From: Candidatus Saccharimonadota bacterium
GTDB lineage: Bacteria; Patescibacteriota; Saccharimonadia; Saccharimonadales; Saccharimonadaceae
DNA: 32,000 nt
Assembly: GCA_001029695.1 (NCBI GenBank)
Contig: CP011211.1
Coordinates: 900,001-932,000 of the forward strand
Reading direction: 5' to 3'
In this document: positions 25,071-32,000 of the stretch, piece by piece
Layout: every line of letters starts with the position of its first letter
Position numbering within the stretch: position 1 is the first letter of the stretch
Position numbers and translations under genes: made by a program
Notes under the pieces: model-generated
What the model was told of the DNA's origin: nothing
Seen by the model: the letters and a program-made list of their open reading frames with translations, nothing else
Databases searched by the model: none

Positions 25071-26153
25071 CTACGACTCATACTCCTTCCACCATGCTTC
25101 AGTAGGATAATTGTTGGCCTTGAAAGCAACCGTTTCGCCGATGCGTGGCGTTATGATGGTTGCGTCAACCTTTGCGCCAGCTGCAAGTGCTCGTTCTACC
25201 GGCTCAGTCCAATCGTGTAGAGCTAGTACGAACGCGCCCCAATGCATGGGGATCATCCGCTTGCCGCGTAAGTCTTTGTGAGCCTGGATAGTCTGCTCGG
25301 GGGTCATGTGAATCGTTGACCAGCGTGGGTCGTATTGACCACACTCAAGGAGCGTAAGATCAAACGGTCCATACTGTTTACCGATTTGTTTGTAGTGCGG
25401 GCCATAGCCGGAATCGCCACTGAAAAATATGCTCGTATCGTCGGTACGTATAACCCAAGAAGCCCATAGCGTCGTCGATCTATCGGTCAGGGTGCGACCC
25501 GAAAAATGGCGAGATGGCGTACAGATAAGCGAGAGCCCCTCGAAGGTACGCTCGTCCCACCAGTCTAGTTCAGTGATGCGTTCGGAGTTAACGCCCCATT
25601 TCCGCAAGTGCGCTGCGAGACCAATCGGGACAAAAAACATCGTTGTTTTACTGTTGAGCTTTTTTATAGAAGGATAGTCGAGGTGGTCGTAATGATCGTG
25701 TGAGATGACGACAGCATCGATGAGAGGCAAATCTTCTGGATTAGCGGGCAGTTCGTTACTAAAACGTTGCGGTCCAATGGCAGGAATAGGTGATGGTGAT
25801 TTGCCAAACATTGGGTCAAGCAGGATATTTTTGTCATTAATTTGCAGCAAAAACGCGGAATGCCCAAACCAAGTAATTTGCGGCTCTTTTGGCTGTTTTG
25901 ACGTGTCGAGATGTTCCGGGGTCAGGCGGCGAGATGGTTGACGGTTCGGTGCGCTTTTGATCTGGTCGCGAATGATCGATATTATTTCGGCAGGCTTCAT
26001 ACCCATAGACGTAGGGATTTGATTCACAAATTTACCATTTTTGAAGTTAGGGGAGCGTTGCTTTATAGAGCGTTTAGTTTTACCACCCAACGGTGGGTAA
26101 GTTCGAAAGAAAATATAAGTTGACACGGCAGCGATAAGTAAAAAAATATACAT
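25071..26153 (-). CDS. Membrane-anchored MBL-fold metallo-hydrolase (NAPE-PLD / UlaG-like subgroup)
   Basis: N-terminal TM helix, HxHxDH motif (VVISHDHYDHLD) and downstream His/Asp ligand contexts (PSRHFSGR, FSGDSGY, PMHWGAF). Confidence 0.78.
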   Translation of the reverse strand: MYIFLLIAAVSTYIFFRTYPPLGGKTKRSIKQRSPNFKNGKFVNQIPTSMGMKPAEIISIIRDQIKSAPNRQPSRRLTPEHLDTSKQPKEPQITWFGHSAFLLQINDKNILLDPMFGKSPSPIPAIGPQRFSNELPANPEDLPLIDAVVISHDHYDHLDYPSIKKLNSKTTMFFVPIGLAAHLRKWGVNSERITELDWWDERTFEGLSLICTPSRHFSGRTLTDRSTTLWASWVIRTDDTSIFFSGDSGYGPHYKQIGKQYGPFDLTLLECGQYDPRWSTIHMTPEQTIQAHKDLRGKRMIPMHWGAFVLALHDWTEPVERALAAGAKVDATIITPRIGETVAFKANNYPTEAWWKEYES

Positions 26154-26157
26154 GCTA

Positions 26158-26166
26158 TTTATAGCA
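26158..26166 (-). promoter_or_regulatory. Extended -10 box 4 nt upstream of the MBL hydrolase start
   Basis: The minus strand reads TGCTATAAA-tagc-ATG. The spacing is at the short extreme. Confidence 0.35.
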
Positions 26167-26201
26167 TACCACCTAGAGGGGTGGGGTGCTGTCTGGGAAA
26201 T

Positions 26202-26230
26202 AAAACGCCCGCACTATCTCTAGTACGGGC
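26202..26230 (-). terminator. Intrinsic terminator of ORF 26266..26940
   Basis: Stem 26207-26214/26223-26230. The one odd pair is G-U on the minus RNA and C-A on the plus. An A4 run on the plus strand gives a U-run on the minus. Confidence 0.7.
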
Positions 26231-26248
26231 AACCGTTCTCGGTCAGCG
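26231..26248 (-). other. Copy B of the same mini-hairpin motif, in the 3' UTR of ORF 26266..26940
   Basis: The plus strand reads aACCG-TTCT-CGGTc-AGCG. The T-A pair of copy A is replaced by a C-G pair here. Confidence 0.5.
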
Positions 26249-26265
26249 AACTCTTCCTTGGGTGT

Positions 26266-26940
26266 TTACCATACCTCGGTGATCAAATTGTACAGTTCCT
26301 CTAATTCTTCCACCGAGGCTATTGCTGCGCTCATTGATAACTCATCGAAGGAGGTTTTATGTCTGCCGTAATGTGTTATTGATGTGGAGATTTTCTGCAG
26401 AACAGAAGTTGACTCACTCTGATCTGACCACTCTGACACCGAGTGCTTAATCTCGCACCTCGCATCTTTAGCGTGATGAAGAAAGTATCTTTTTTCAACG
26501 AAAACAGGCGTGTTAAGCATCGTGTCTGGATCATACGAAAACCCAGCATCTTCTAGTACGCGACAGCAGGAGATCCTCCTTCTTTGTAGCGCAAATAGCC
26601 TGACACCGGGTTGTATCAAGCTCATGTGGTATGGTGCGCCTGAGGTATATCGCTCCATTGGTAGCTCTCCAATTTTATCGATTATCTTTTCTTTGATGGC
26701 GAGATAATTGGAGATTTCTTCCTCAATATCTGCATAGCTTCGGAGATCAGCTCTGTAGTTGAGTAGCTCCTTGCTTAAGATGTAAGTAGATATAAAGAAT
26801 ACCGTCATCAGGAGTAGGGCGATTATTCGCCACCAATCTTCAGTGAAAATTGCAGCGAAGGCGTAGGCCAGGAATCCTGATAAGCTTAGGATGACTTTCA
26901 CTAGTCTGTGAATAAACGATGGTTTCTGAGTGATGTGCAA
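26266..26940 (-). CDS. Hypothetical two-helix membrane protein; start uncertain
   Basis: The track ORF extends to 27102, but codons 1-54 lie in very AT-rich, promoter-like sequence. TTG 26940 (GGAAG 5 nt upstream) or GTG 26901 precede the first TM helix. The C-terminus is SVEELEELYNLITEVW. Confidence 0.5.
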   Translation of the reverse strand: MHITQKPSFIHRLVKVILSLSGFLAYAFAAIFTEDWWRIIALLLMTVFFISTYILSKELLNYRADLRSYADIEEEISNYLAIKEKIIDKIGELPMERYTSGAPYHMSLIQPGVRLFALQRRRISCCRVLEDAGFSYDPDTMLNTPVFVEKRYFLHHAKDARCEIKHSVSEWSDQSESTSVLQKISTSITHYGRHKTSFDELSMSAAIASVEELEELYNLITEVW

Positions 26941-27185
26941 TGTACTTCCGATTCTTTGTAGGAATGAAGAGTGATTATATAATACAATATATATTAGAAT
27001 ATCACAAGTATCACGATGCGTGTGATTAAAAATGTAAAAATGCCTAGACAAGATGCTTATGCTGTAGTAGTATAAAGCCAGTAAGTTATCAAAAAGAAAC
27101 ACTTACACCTAGCTACAGGGCACATTCCGATAAACAATTGAGGAAAGGGCCGTGAAGCACAAAATCCTTATCGCGATAGGAATAA

Positions 27186-27214
27186 AAATACCAGTCTGAT
27201 CAACTGGTTTTTTT
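27186..27214 (+). terminator. Orphan terminator-like hairpin in a divergent intergenic region
   Basis: AAAAATACCAGT-ctgatca-ACTGGTTTTTTT, with a 6-bp stem and a T7 run. No annotated plus-strand gene ends here. Confidence 0.5.
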
Positions 27215-27278
27215 ATTTATACAATAAGTACCGAAGGACTGGGTGAGTGTAGGCTTTGTGATATCATATAGACACTTT

Positions 27279-28328
27279 ATGGAAAATCAGCAAAAACCTA
27301 CAAGAAATTATGACTATACACGCTTAAATAGCAGGGTAGCTATTAGGGATATGCTTGCCGTTATCCAATCAAAAGTAACAAAGCCGGTGTTCTATAGCTA
27401 TCTGTTTTTGATGAGTGTATTTGTATTTGTAGCTACTTTGGTGCTTGTACTGTCTATGCCAGCTCTTTTGTCGGGTCAATTTGGCCAGACTGCACAGAGC
27501 GTCATCATGGTTGTGATTATTTTGATTGTTGTTCGAATCTCCCGGCGACACCTACAGGTCGCCCGACAGCAAGTTCGTCTAAGGGCGTTTGCGGCAGTGA
27601 ATGGGTTTAGCTATCTTGACTCGGTGAACACAAGCATTGATGCCTACAATGGCATGATGATGAACGAGGGGCATACTCGTACTATCTATGCCGGTATAAG
27701 ATCTACTCTCGGTATACAATATGAATTAGCAAACTGTAGCTATACTACCGGTGCAGGAAAAAATTCGAGAACATATTACTATGGATTTATTCGCATAAAG
27801 CTTCCTCGCAGACTGCCTCACGTGGTGCTGGACGCAACCGCCAATAACACGTTCGGACGTTTTTCAAATTTACCAGTGACTTTTAGAGACGGCCAAAAGC
27901 TCTCACTTGAGGGTGACTTTGATAAGTATTTTACTCTTTATGCGCCAGCTGAGTATAAAGCGGATGCGTTGTATGTATTTACGCCAGATGTTATGCAGCT
28001 TTTCATTGAACGTATTCATACATTCGATGCAGAGATTATTGACGATGATTTGTACCTGTATAGTCCACGGCTATTTGAGCTCGATAGTCCCGCGTCGCTT
28101 CAGGCGCTACTAGATCTTGTCGATAGTATCTACCCGAAACTTTACAATCAAAGTAGCTACTATGCTGACTCGAAAGTGGGGGAGCGAGCTGTGAACGATA
28201 TTGCACCTCAGGGTGAACGATTGAAGTCACGGATATCGTATATTGTGATCGCTATTATTGTATTCTTTGTGCTTATACTGATTTTACCAACCCTGATACG
28301 TCTAGTGGGGTCACTAGGAGGTTCATAG
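27279..28328 (+). CDS. Hypothetical membrane protein (two N-terminal TM helices, soluble domain, C-terminal TM helix); architecture reminiscent of DUF3137
   Basis: ATG 27279 is preferred over GTG 27243. LEGDFDKYFTLYAPAEYKADALYVFTPDVMQLFIE resembles my recollection of the DUF3137 core. The family call is tentative. Confidence 0.55.
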   Translation: MENQQKPTRNYDYTRLNSRVAIRDMLAVIQSKVTKPVFYSYLFLMSVFVFVATLVLVLSMPALLSGQFGQTAQSVIMVVIILIVVRISRRHLQVARQQVRLRAFAAVNGFSYLDSVNTSIDAYNGMMMNEGHTRTIYAGIRSTLGIQYELANCSYTTGAGKNSRTYYYGFIRIKLPRRLPHVVLDATANNTFGRFSNLPVTFRDGQKLSLEGDFDKYFTLYAPAEYKADALYVFTPDVMQLFIERIHTFDAEIIDDDLYLYSPRLFELDSPASLQALLDLVDSIYPKLYNQSSYYADSKVGERAVNDIAPQGERLKSRISYIVIAIIVFFVLILILPTLIRLVGSLGGS

Positions 28329-28368
28329 TTAACGGGCTGCGGCGAGTGGTTTTTGCGTCCGCGCTATC

Positions 28369-28397
28369 TTGACAGCGTTAAGCATAAACGTTTAACT
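28369..28397 (+). promoter_or_regulatory. Promoter of the FAD-linked oxidase gene, 10 nt from the ATG
   Basis: TTGACA (28369-28374), a 17-nt spacer, then TTAACT (28392-28397). The ATG is at 28408. Confidence 0.5.
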
Positions 28398-28407
28398 AGA
28401 GTCATAT

Positions 28408-30018
28408 ATGAGTGGGTATTTACAACCAGCAGAAAAACTAGTTATTAGTGGCGATATCAGTCATGAGTGGGAATCTCGGCAAGCAGTTAGCCGAGATGCA
28501 AGTATATTTGAGGTAATGCCAGCAGGGGTGATTTCTCCTCGTAGTGTAGAAGATATTCGTCGGAGCGTGGTATGGGCGACGCAAGAGACGAGAGCGGGGC
28601 GTCCGGTTTCACTGACAGCACGAGTTGGTGGGACGTGCATGTCGGGTGGACCACTCACGAGTAGCTATGTGCTTGATCTTAAAAAATACCTACATAATGT
28701 GGGCAAAATCGACACAGTTGGCCGATCTATCACGACCCAGTCAGGCGCGATGCATCGTGTGATCGAAGAGAAGACGATGGCAGAAGGCTTATTGTTTGCG
28801 CCGTATACTTCCTCGCATGATATTTGCGGTATTGGCGGTATGATTGGCAACAATGCAAGTGGTGAGATGTCAATTAAATATGGCCCAACTAGTAGTAATG
28901 TTGCGACACTAAAAGCAGTGTTAAGTGATGGCAATCAGTATAAGTTTGGTCCATTGACGCGTGCTGAAGTAGAGAAGAAGAAGCAGCTTGCGACATACGA
29001 GGGCGAGATCTATAGACGTGTCACGGCTTTATTGGAACAGAATAAGGATACAATTGCTGCCAACCATCCCCGAACGGTGAAGAATGCAGCTGGCTTCCAG
29101 TTATGGGAGTTATGGGATAGGCATGAGCAGGTATTTGACCTTAGTCGATTGTTCGTGGGGTCGCAGGGTACGCTTGGGATTGTGACAGAAGCGACACTAA
29201 AACTTGTGAAGCGTGCGAATTTTTCGAGGATGATCGTCACTCCTATCAGTGATCTTATGAATCTTCCTGAGGTAGTACGAACAACCCTCGCTTATGAACC
29301 TGCGACATGCGAAACTTTCGATCATTTCACCTATGAACTTGCCGAGCAATACCACCCCGAAGATGCCGCACGTGCTCACGTGGCAAAAGGCAAGCATATC
29401 GTGATTTTATCGGTGTTTCAGGGAGACGATCAACAACACACTGATGTATTAGCGGGTCAGGCAAAAGAGAAGCTTGAGTCTCTTGGTCATGAGACATTTT
29501 GGATCGATGAACCTGCGACGATCGAGAGCTTCCTTAATATTCGACGGTGGAGTTTTAAGATGTTGCTCGAGCATCCCACTCCAGGTACGCGAGCTGAAGC
29601 GTTTCTGGAGGATACAATTGTACCACTTGATCGCTATGGCGAGTTTTTGACGCAACTTGAAGCGATTTTACGTGAGTATAATATGATCTATACGTACGCT
29701 GGTCACATTGGTGCAGGGAGCATTCGACTTGTGCCGCTCGTAGACATGGAAGCGGATGGTGCGGCAGAGCGGGTGATGGAGCTCGAAACTCGAGTGAATG
29801 ATCTTGTTATTGAATTTGGTGGTTCTATCAGCGTAGATCACAATGACGGCATCATTCGCACGCCGTATCTTGAGAAGCAGTTCGGTAGTGAAATGGTTCG
29901 GCTTTTTGAAGAGGTAAAGCTACTATTTGATCCACTTGGCATATTCAACCCAGGTAAAAAAGTCGGTGGAACATATGATGATGCATTGAAATATATAATT
30001 CGCGAAAACGTAGCATAG
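28408..30018 (+). CDS. FAD-linked oxidase (GlcD / D-lactate dehydrogenase-like, FAD_binding_4 plus C-terminal oxidase domain)
   Basis: FAD-binding motifs GGTCMSGGPL, GIGGMIGNNASG and VGSQGTLGIVTEATLKL. C-terminal HIGAGSIR and LFDPLGIFNPGK. Confidence 0.82.
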   Translation: MSGYLQPAEKLVISGDISHEWESRQAVSRDASIFEVMPAGVISPRSVEDIRRSVVWATQETRAGRPVSLTARVGGTCMSGGPLTSSYVLDLKKYLHNVGKIDTVGRSITTQSGAMHRVIEEKTMAEGLLFAPYTSSHDICGIGGMIGNNASGEMSIKYGPTSSNVATLKAVLSDGNQYKFGPLTRAEVEKKKQLATYEGEIYRRVTALLEQNKDTIAANHPRTVKNAAGFQLWELWDRHEQVFDLSRLFVGSQGTLGIVTEATLKLVKRANFSRMIVTPISDLMNLPEVVRTTLAYEPATCETFDHFTYELAEQYHPEDAARAHVAKGKHIVILSVFQGDDQQHTDVLAGQAKEKLESLGHETFWIDEPATIESFLNIRRWSFKMLLEHPTPGTRAEAFLEDTIVPLDRYGEFLTQLEAILREYNMIYTYAGHIGAGSIRLVPLVDMEADGAAERVMELETRVNDLVIEFGGSISVDHNDGIIRTPYLEKQFGSEMVRLFEEVKLLFDPLGIFNPGKKVGGTYDDALKYIIRENVA

Positions 30019-30034
30019 ATACGTGCGAGTGCTG

Positions 30035-30040
30035 TAGAAT
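30035..30040 (+). promoter_or_regulatory. -10 box 6 nt upstream of ATG 30047
   Basis: TAGAAT-gagcgt-ATG. Confidence 0.45.
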
Positions 30041-30046
30041 GAGCGT

Positions 30047-30262
30047 ATGGATAAAATAATTATTGTCATCGGTGTTATTGCAGTTATCTTACTCATCATA
30101 ACAGTAGTAAGCCGCAAAAACCGTCGCGAGAACAGTATGAATAGTGGCTCGTCGGACGGTGGAGGCGCAACGACATTTTCCTCTGAGCGTCATGACACGG
30201 ATAGTTCATCAGACACTAGTTCAGACGGTGGTGGTGACGGCGGTGGCGGAGGAGGTGAATGA
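30047..30262 (+). CDS. Small single-pass membrane protein with Ser/Asp/Gly-rich tail
   Basis: 71 aa with TM helix IIIVIGVIAVILLIITVV and a tail ending SSDGGGDGGGGGGE. TAGAAT lies 6 nt before the ATG. The stop overlaps the next start (ATGA). Confidence 0.5.
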   Translation: MDKIIIVIGVIAVILLIITVVSRKNRRENSMNSGSSDGGGATTFSSERHDTDSSSDTSSDGGGDGGGGGGE

Positions 30263-30636
30263 TGACGAAGGATAAACTAGTGGGGTATGGAGTAAGCGTG
30301 TTATTTATTGGCCTTGGCCTTGCGCTACTTGGGACGCTACTGAATTTTTATGATAGTGCATTCATCTATAAGATTATCGTTCCGTTGACACTGCTGGGTG
30401 CAGGAGTTGCACTACTTGGCAACAACCCTTCTGAGCGAACTCGTCGATCAGTTGCCTTGGGGTTGATTGTCTTCGGGCTTGTCTCTCTGTTGATTCAGTT
30501 TGAAGTACTGCGCGGCGATGTTGTCAACGCAATTGTAGGGGTTGCGTTTGTGAGTGCGGGCGTCTTTATGGTCTCTCGTCTTACAGACCGTAAAAGTCGA
30601 AAAGACACAGAAGTCGACGATATTAGCGTCGTTTAA
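30259..30636 (+). CDS. Small four-helix membrane protein, unknown function
   Basis: 125 aa with four hydrophobic segments. GGAGG sits just upstream, so ATG 30262 is an equally likely start. Confidence 0.6.
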   Translation: MMTKDKLVGYGVSVLFIGLGLALLGTLLNFYDSAFIYKIIVPLTLLGAGVALLGNNPSERTRRSVALGLIVFGLVSLLIQFEVLRGDVVNAIVGVAFVSAGVFMVSRLTDRKSRKDTEVDDISVV

Positions 30637-30886
30637 TCATAATTTCGAGATTTGAAATATACTGACGAGCATTTACCATTTTATTTTTGCGTAAATACGC
30701 AAGGTGTACTTCGACAAAAGGAAATCTACTATCTGGGTAGTCAGTTGCCATGGGGCTGTAAACGCTTTTTGTGTTCATAGTCGGGTCGTCTTGAAGATCG
30801 GCAAGTTTTGCAGTAATCTCTTCGATGGTCATGACAAGAGAGGGTGGAGTAGGAGTCTCACTAATAAGCGTTGCTTCGTTTGACAT
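30623..30886 (-). CDS. Hypothetical small protein
   Basis: ATG 30886 is preferred because AGAGG lies 7 nt upstream; the track uses GTG 30922. The 3' end overlaps the convergent 30259..30636 gene by 14 nt. No recognisable motif. Confidence 0.5.
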   Translation of the reverse strand: MSNEATLISETPTPPSLVMTIEEITAKLADLQDDPTMNTKSVYSPMATDYPDSRFPFVEVHLAYLRKNKMVNARQYISNLEIMIKRR

Positions 30887-31035
30887 GATAGAACCTCTTT
30901 CCGCGTATACTTCTTGAGTCACGCATATTGTTCTTAGTATGCGCTTATTTTCAATAAATAGCCAATCAAGTTTGACTTTTTATAGTACCTTGTATAACAT
31001 AGAACTATGACACACAAAGCAGATAGGATTACGTA

Positions 31036-31383
31036 ATGGAAAGGATACTGATGGAAGAGAGCGCTAAATATGCTGAGCAGCTAGCAACGCAGCTGCGAAA
31101 AGGTTTCTTGGTGTACTGCGTTTTGCGCGTATGTTCTCACGAGCCGAAGTACACGAGCGACATTATACGAACGCTCAGTGAAGCGGAGATGGTGGTCGTA
31201 GAGGGTACTATATATCCATTGCTCAGCCGATTGCAAAAAGATGGCCTGCTGACGCACGAGTGGCAAGAGTCAGAGCAAGGGCCGCCGCGAAAGTATTATA
31301 AGATCACCGATTTTGGTAAAGACGTAATGGATCAGGTGACGAAGAAGATTGCTTCACTTAATGCAACACTAAAGAAATTATAA
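31036..31383 (+). CDS. PadR family transcriptional regulator
   Basis: Winged-helix core LRKGFLVYCVLRV...YTSDIIRTL...VVEGTIYPLLSRLQKDGLLTHEW...PPRKYYKITDFGK. An alternative start at ATG 31051 has AAGGA upstream. Confidence 0.82.
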   Translation: MERILMEESAKYAEQLATQLRKGFLVYCVLRVCSHEPKYTSDIIRTLSEAEMVVVEGTIYPLLSRLQKDGLLTHEWQESEQGPPRKYYKITDFGKDVMDQVTKKIASLNATLKKL

Positions 31384-31392
31384 GGAATAACT

Positions 31393-32000
31393 ATGAAAGA
31401 GATTACAAGAATTCATCTCGCAGCAACTCCATTTAATGTAGAGATTGATGCAAAACGTGATTTAGAAAAATACCTAGCTGCTATTGAGAAATCGCTTCAG
31501 GCTGACGAAGACGCACTGCGCGAGATCGAAGCGCGTATTGTTGAACTACTCGCTGAGCGGGGCGTTGTGAATGAAAGGGCGATCACACGATCCGATATCG
31601 AGGCGATCAAGACTCAGCTTGGAGAGCCAGGCGAGTTTATCGATGAGCAGGCAGTTGAGACTATTGTTCATATGCCGTCAAACGATAAGCGCTTGTTCCG
31701 TGATCAAGATCGAGGTGTTTTGGGTGGTGTCCTTGCGGGAATTGCGGCATATTTTGGCGTCAACCCGGTATGGTTCCGATTGATTGCAATCGCTTTGACA
31801 TTCGCATCATTCGGTACAGTTGTCTTGGTGTATGCTGTGCTTTGGATTGCATTACCTCCAGCGAAGACGGCAGCGGAAAAACTGCAAATGGCGGGTAAGC
31901 CAGTGACACTCGAATCGATCAAGGGTCAAAGTGAGCAGGCGAGTGACGCAGCTGATCATAGTAAGCCACTGGTAATTGTATTGAGAGTTTTGCTTGGTAT
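31393..32000 (+). CDS. PspC domain-containing membrane protein, 3' end outside the window (absent from the supplied ORF track)
   Basis: I translated frame 1 from ATG 31393 and it is open to the window end. It reads MKEITRIHLAATPFNVEIDAK...RLFRDQDRGVLGGVLAGIAAYFGVNPVWFRLIAIALTFASFGTVVLVYAVLWIALP, a PspC domain. It starts 9 nt after the padR stop. Confidence 0.72.
   Translation, partial: MKEITRIHLAATPFNVEIDAKRDLEKYLAAIEKSLQADEDALREIEARIVELLAERGVVNERAITRSDIEAIKTQLGEPGEFIDEQAVETIVHMPSNDKRLFRDQDRGVLGGVLAGIAAYFGVNPVWFRLIAIALTFASFGTVVLVYAVLWIALPPAKTAAEKLQMAGKPVTLESIKGQSEQASDAADHSKPLVIVLRVLLG

Noticed and set aside
31571-31922. Track ORFs 31571..31783 (+) and 31704..31922 (-).
   Set aside because: Both lie inside the frame-1 PspC-domain ORF that starts at 31393, and the PspC domain signature is clear in frame 1.
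1-32000. I looked for CRISPR arrays, tRNA/rRNA genes, IS elements, integrases, prophage genes, known defence genes, and UGA recoding (code 25, as in some CPR lineages).
   Set aside because: There are no regularly spaced direct repeats, no tRNA-like T-loops in the intergenic regions, and no transposase, integrase or phage signatures. TGA ends ORFs at sensible positions (16199-16201, 24377-24379, 30260-30262), and conserved genes contain no in-frame TGA. The standard code fits.

Overview
This is a compact bacterial window of about 35 protein-coding genes with short intergenic gaps. I found no rRNA, tRNA, CRISPR array, transposase, integrase or recognisable defence gene. The standard genetic code applies: TGA terminates several ORFs, and the conserved genes translate without in-frame stops.

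The backbone is translation and cell-envelope housekeeping:
- LCP protein fragment, HtrA-like protease, prmC, prfA and rpmE.
- rpsB, tsf, frr, an RseP-like site-2 protease, a CPBP protease, proS, greA and lysS.
- A DUF2207-like membrane protein, a DEAH-box helicase, an MBL-fold hydrolase and an FAD-linked oxidase.
- A PadR regulator followed by a PspC-domain ORF. That ORF runs off the window end and is missing from the supplied track.

Lineage-specific genes with no family I can recognise are interspersed among these. The gene content fits a reduced-genome, Gram-positive-like lineage such as Saccharibacteria/CPR: a type IV pilin, a conserved rpsB-to-proS cluster lacking its metabolic genes, and many acidic orphan proteins. 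That placement is inference only.

No clearly defined new system is demonstrable from sequence alone. The strongest candidates are:
1. A promoter-driven pair of large acidic orphan proteins (5515-8421); the first carries a phosphoribosyltransferase-type PRPP-loop motif.
2. A duplicated two-hairpin 3' element with one compensatory base-pair change, flanking the MBL hydrolase gene.
3. -10 boxes placed 4-11 nt before start codons at many genes, implying leaderless mRNAs.
4. A tandem A[FY]DSY-repeat protein with a very acidic partner.
5. An AT-rich divergent region with an orphan terminator.
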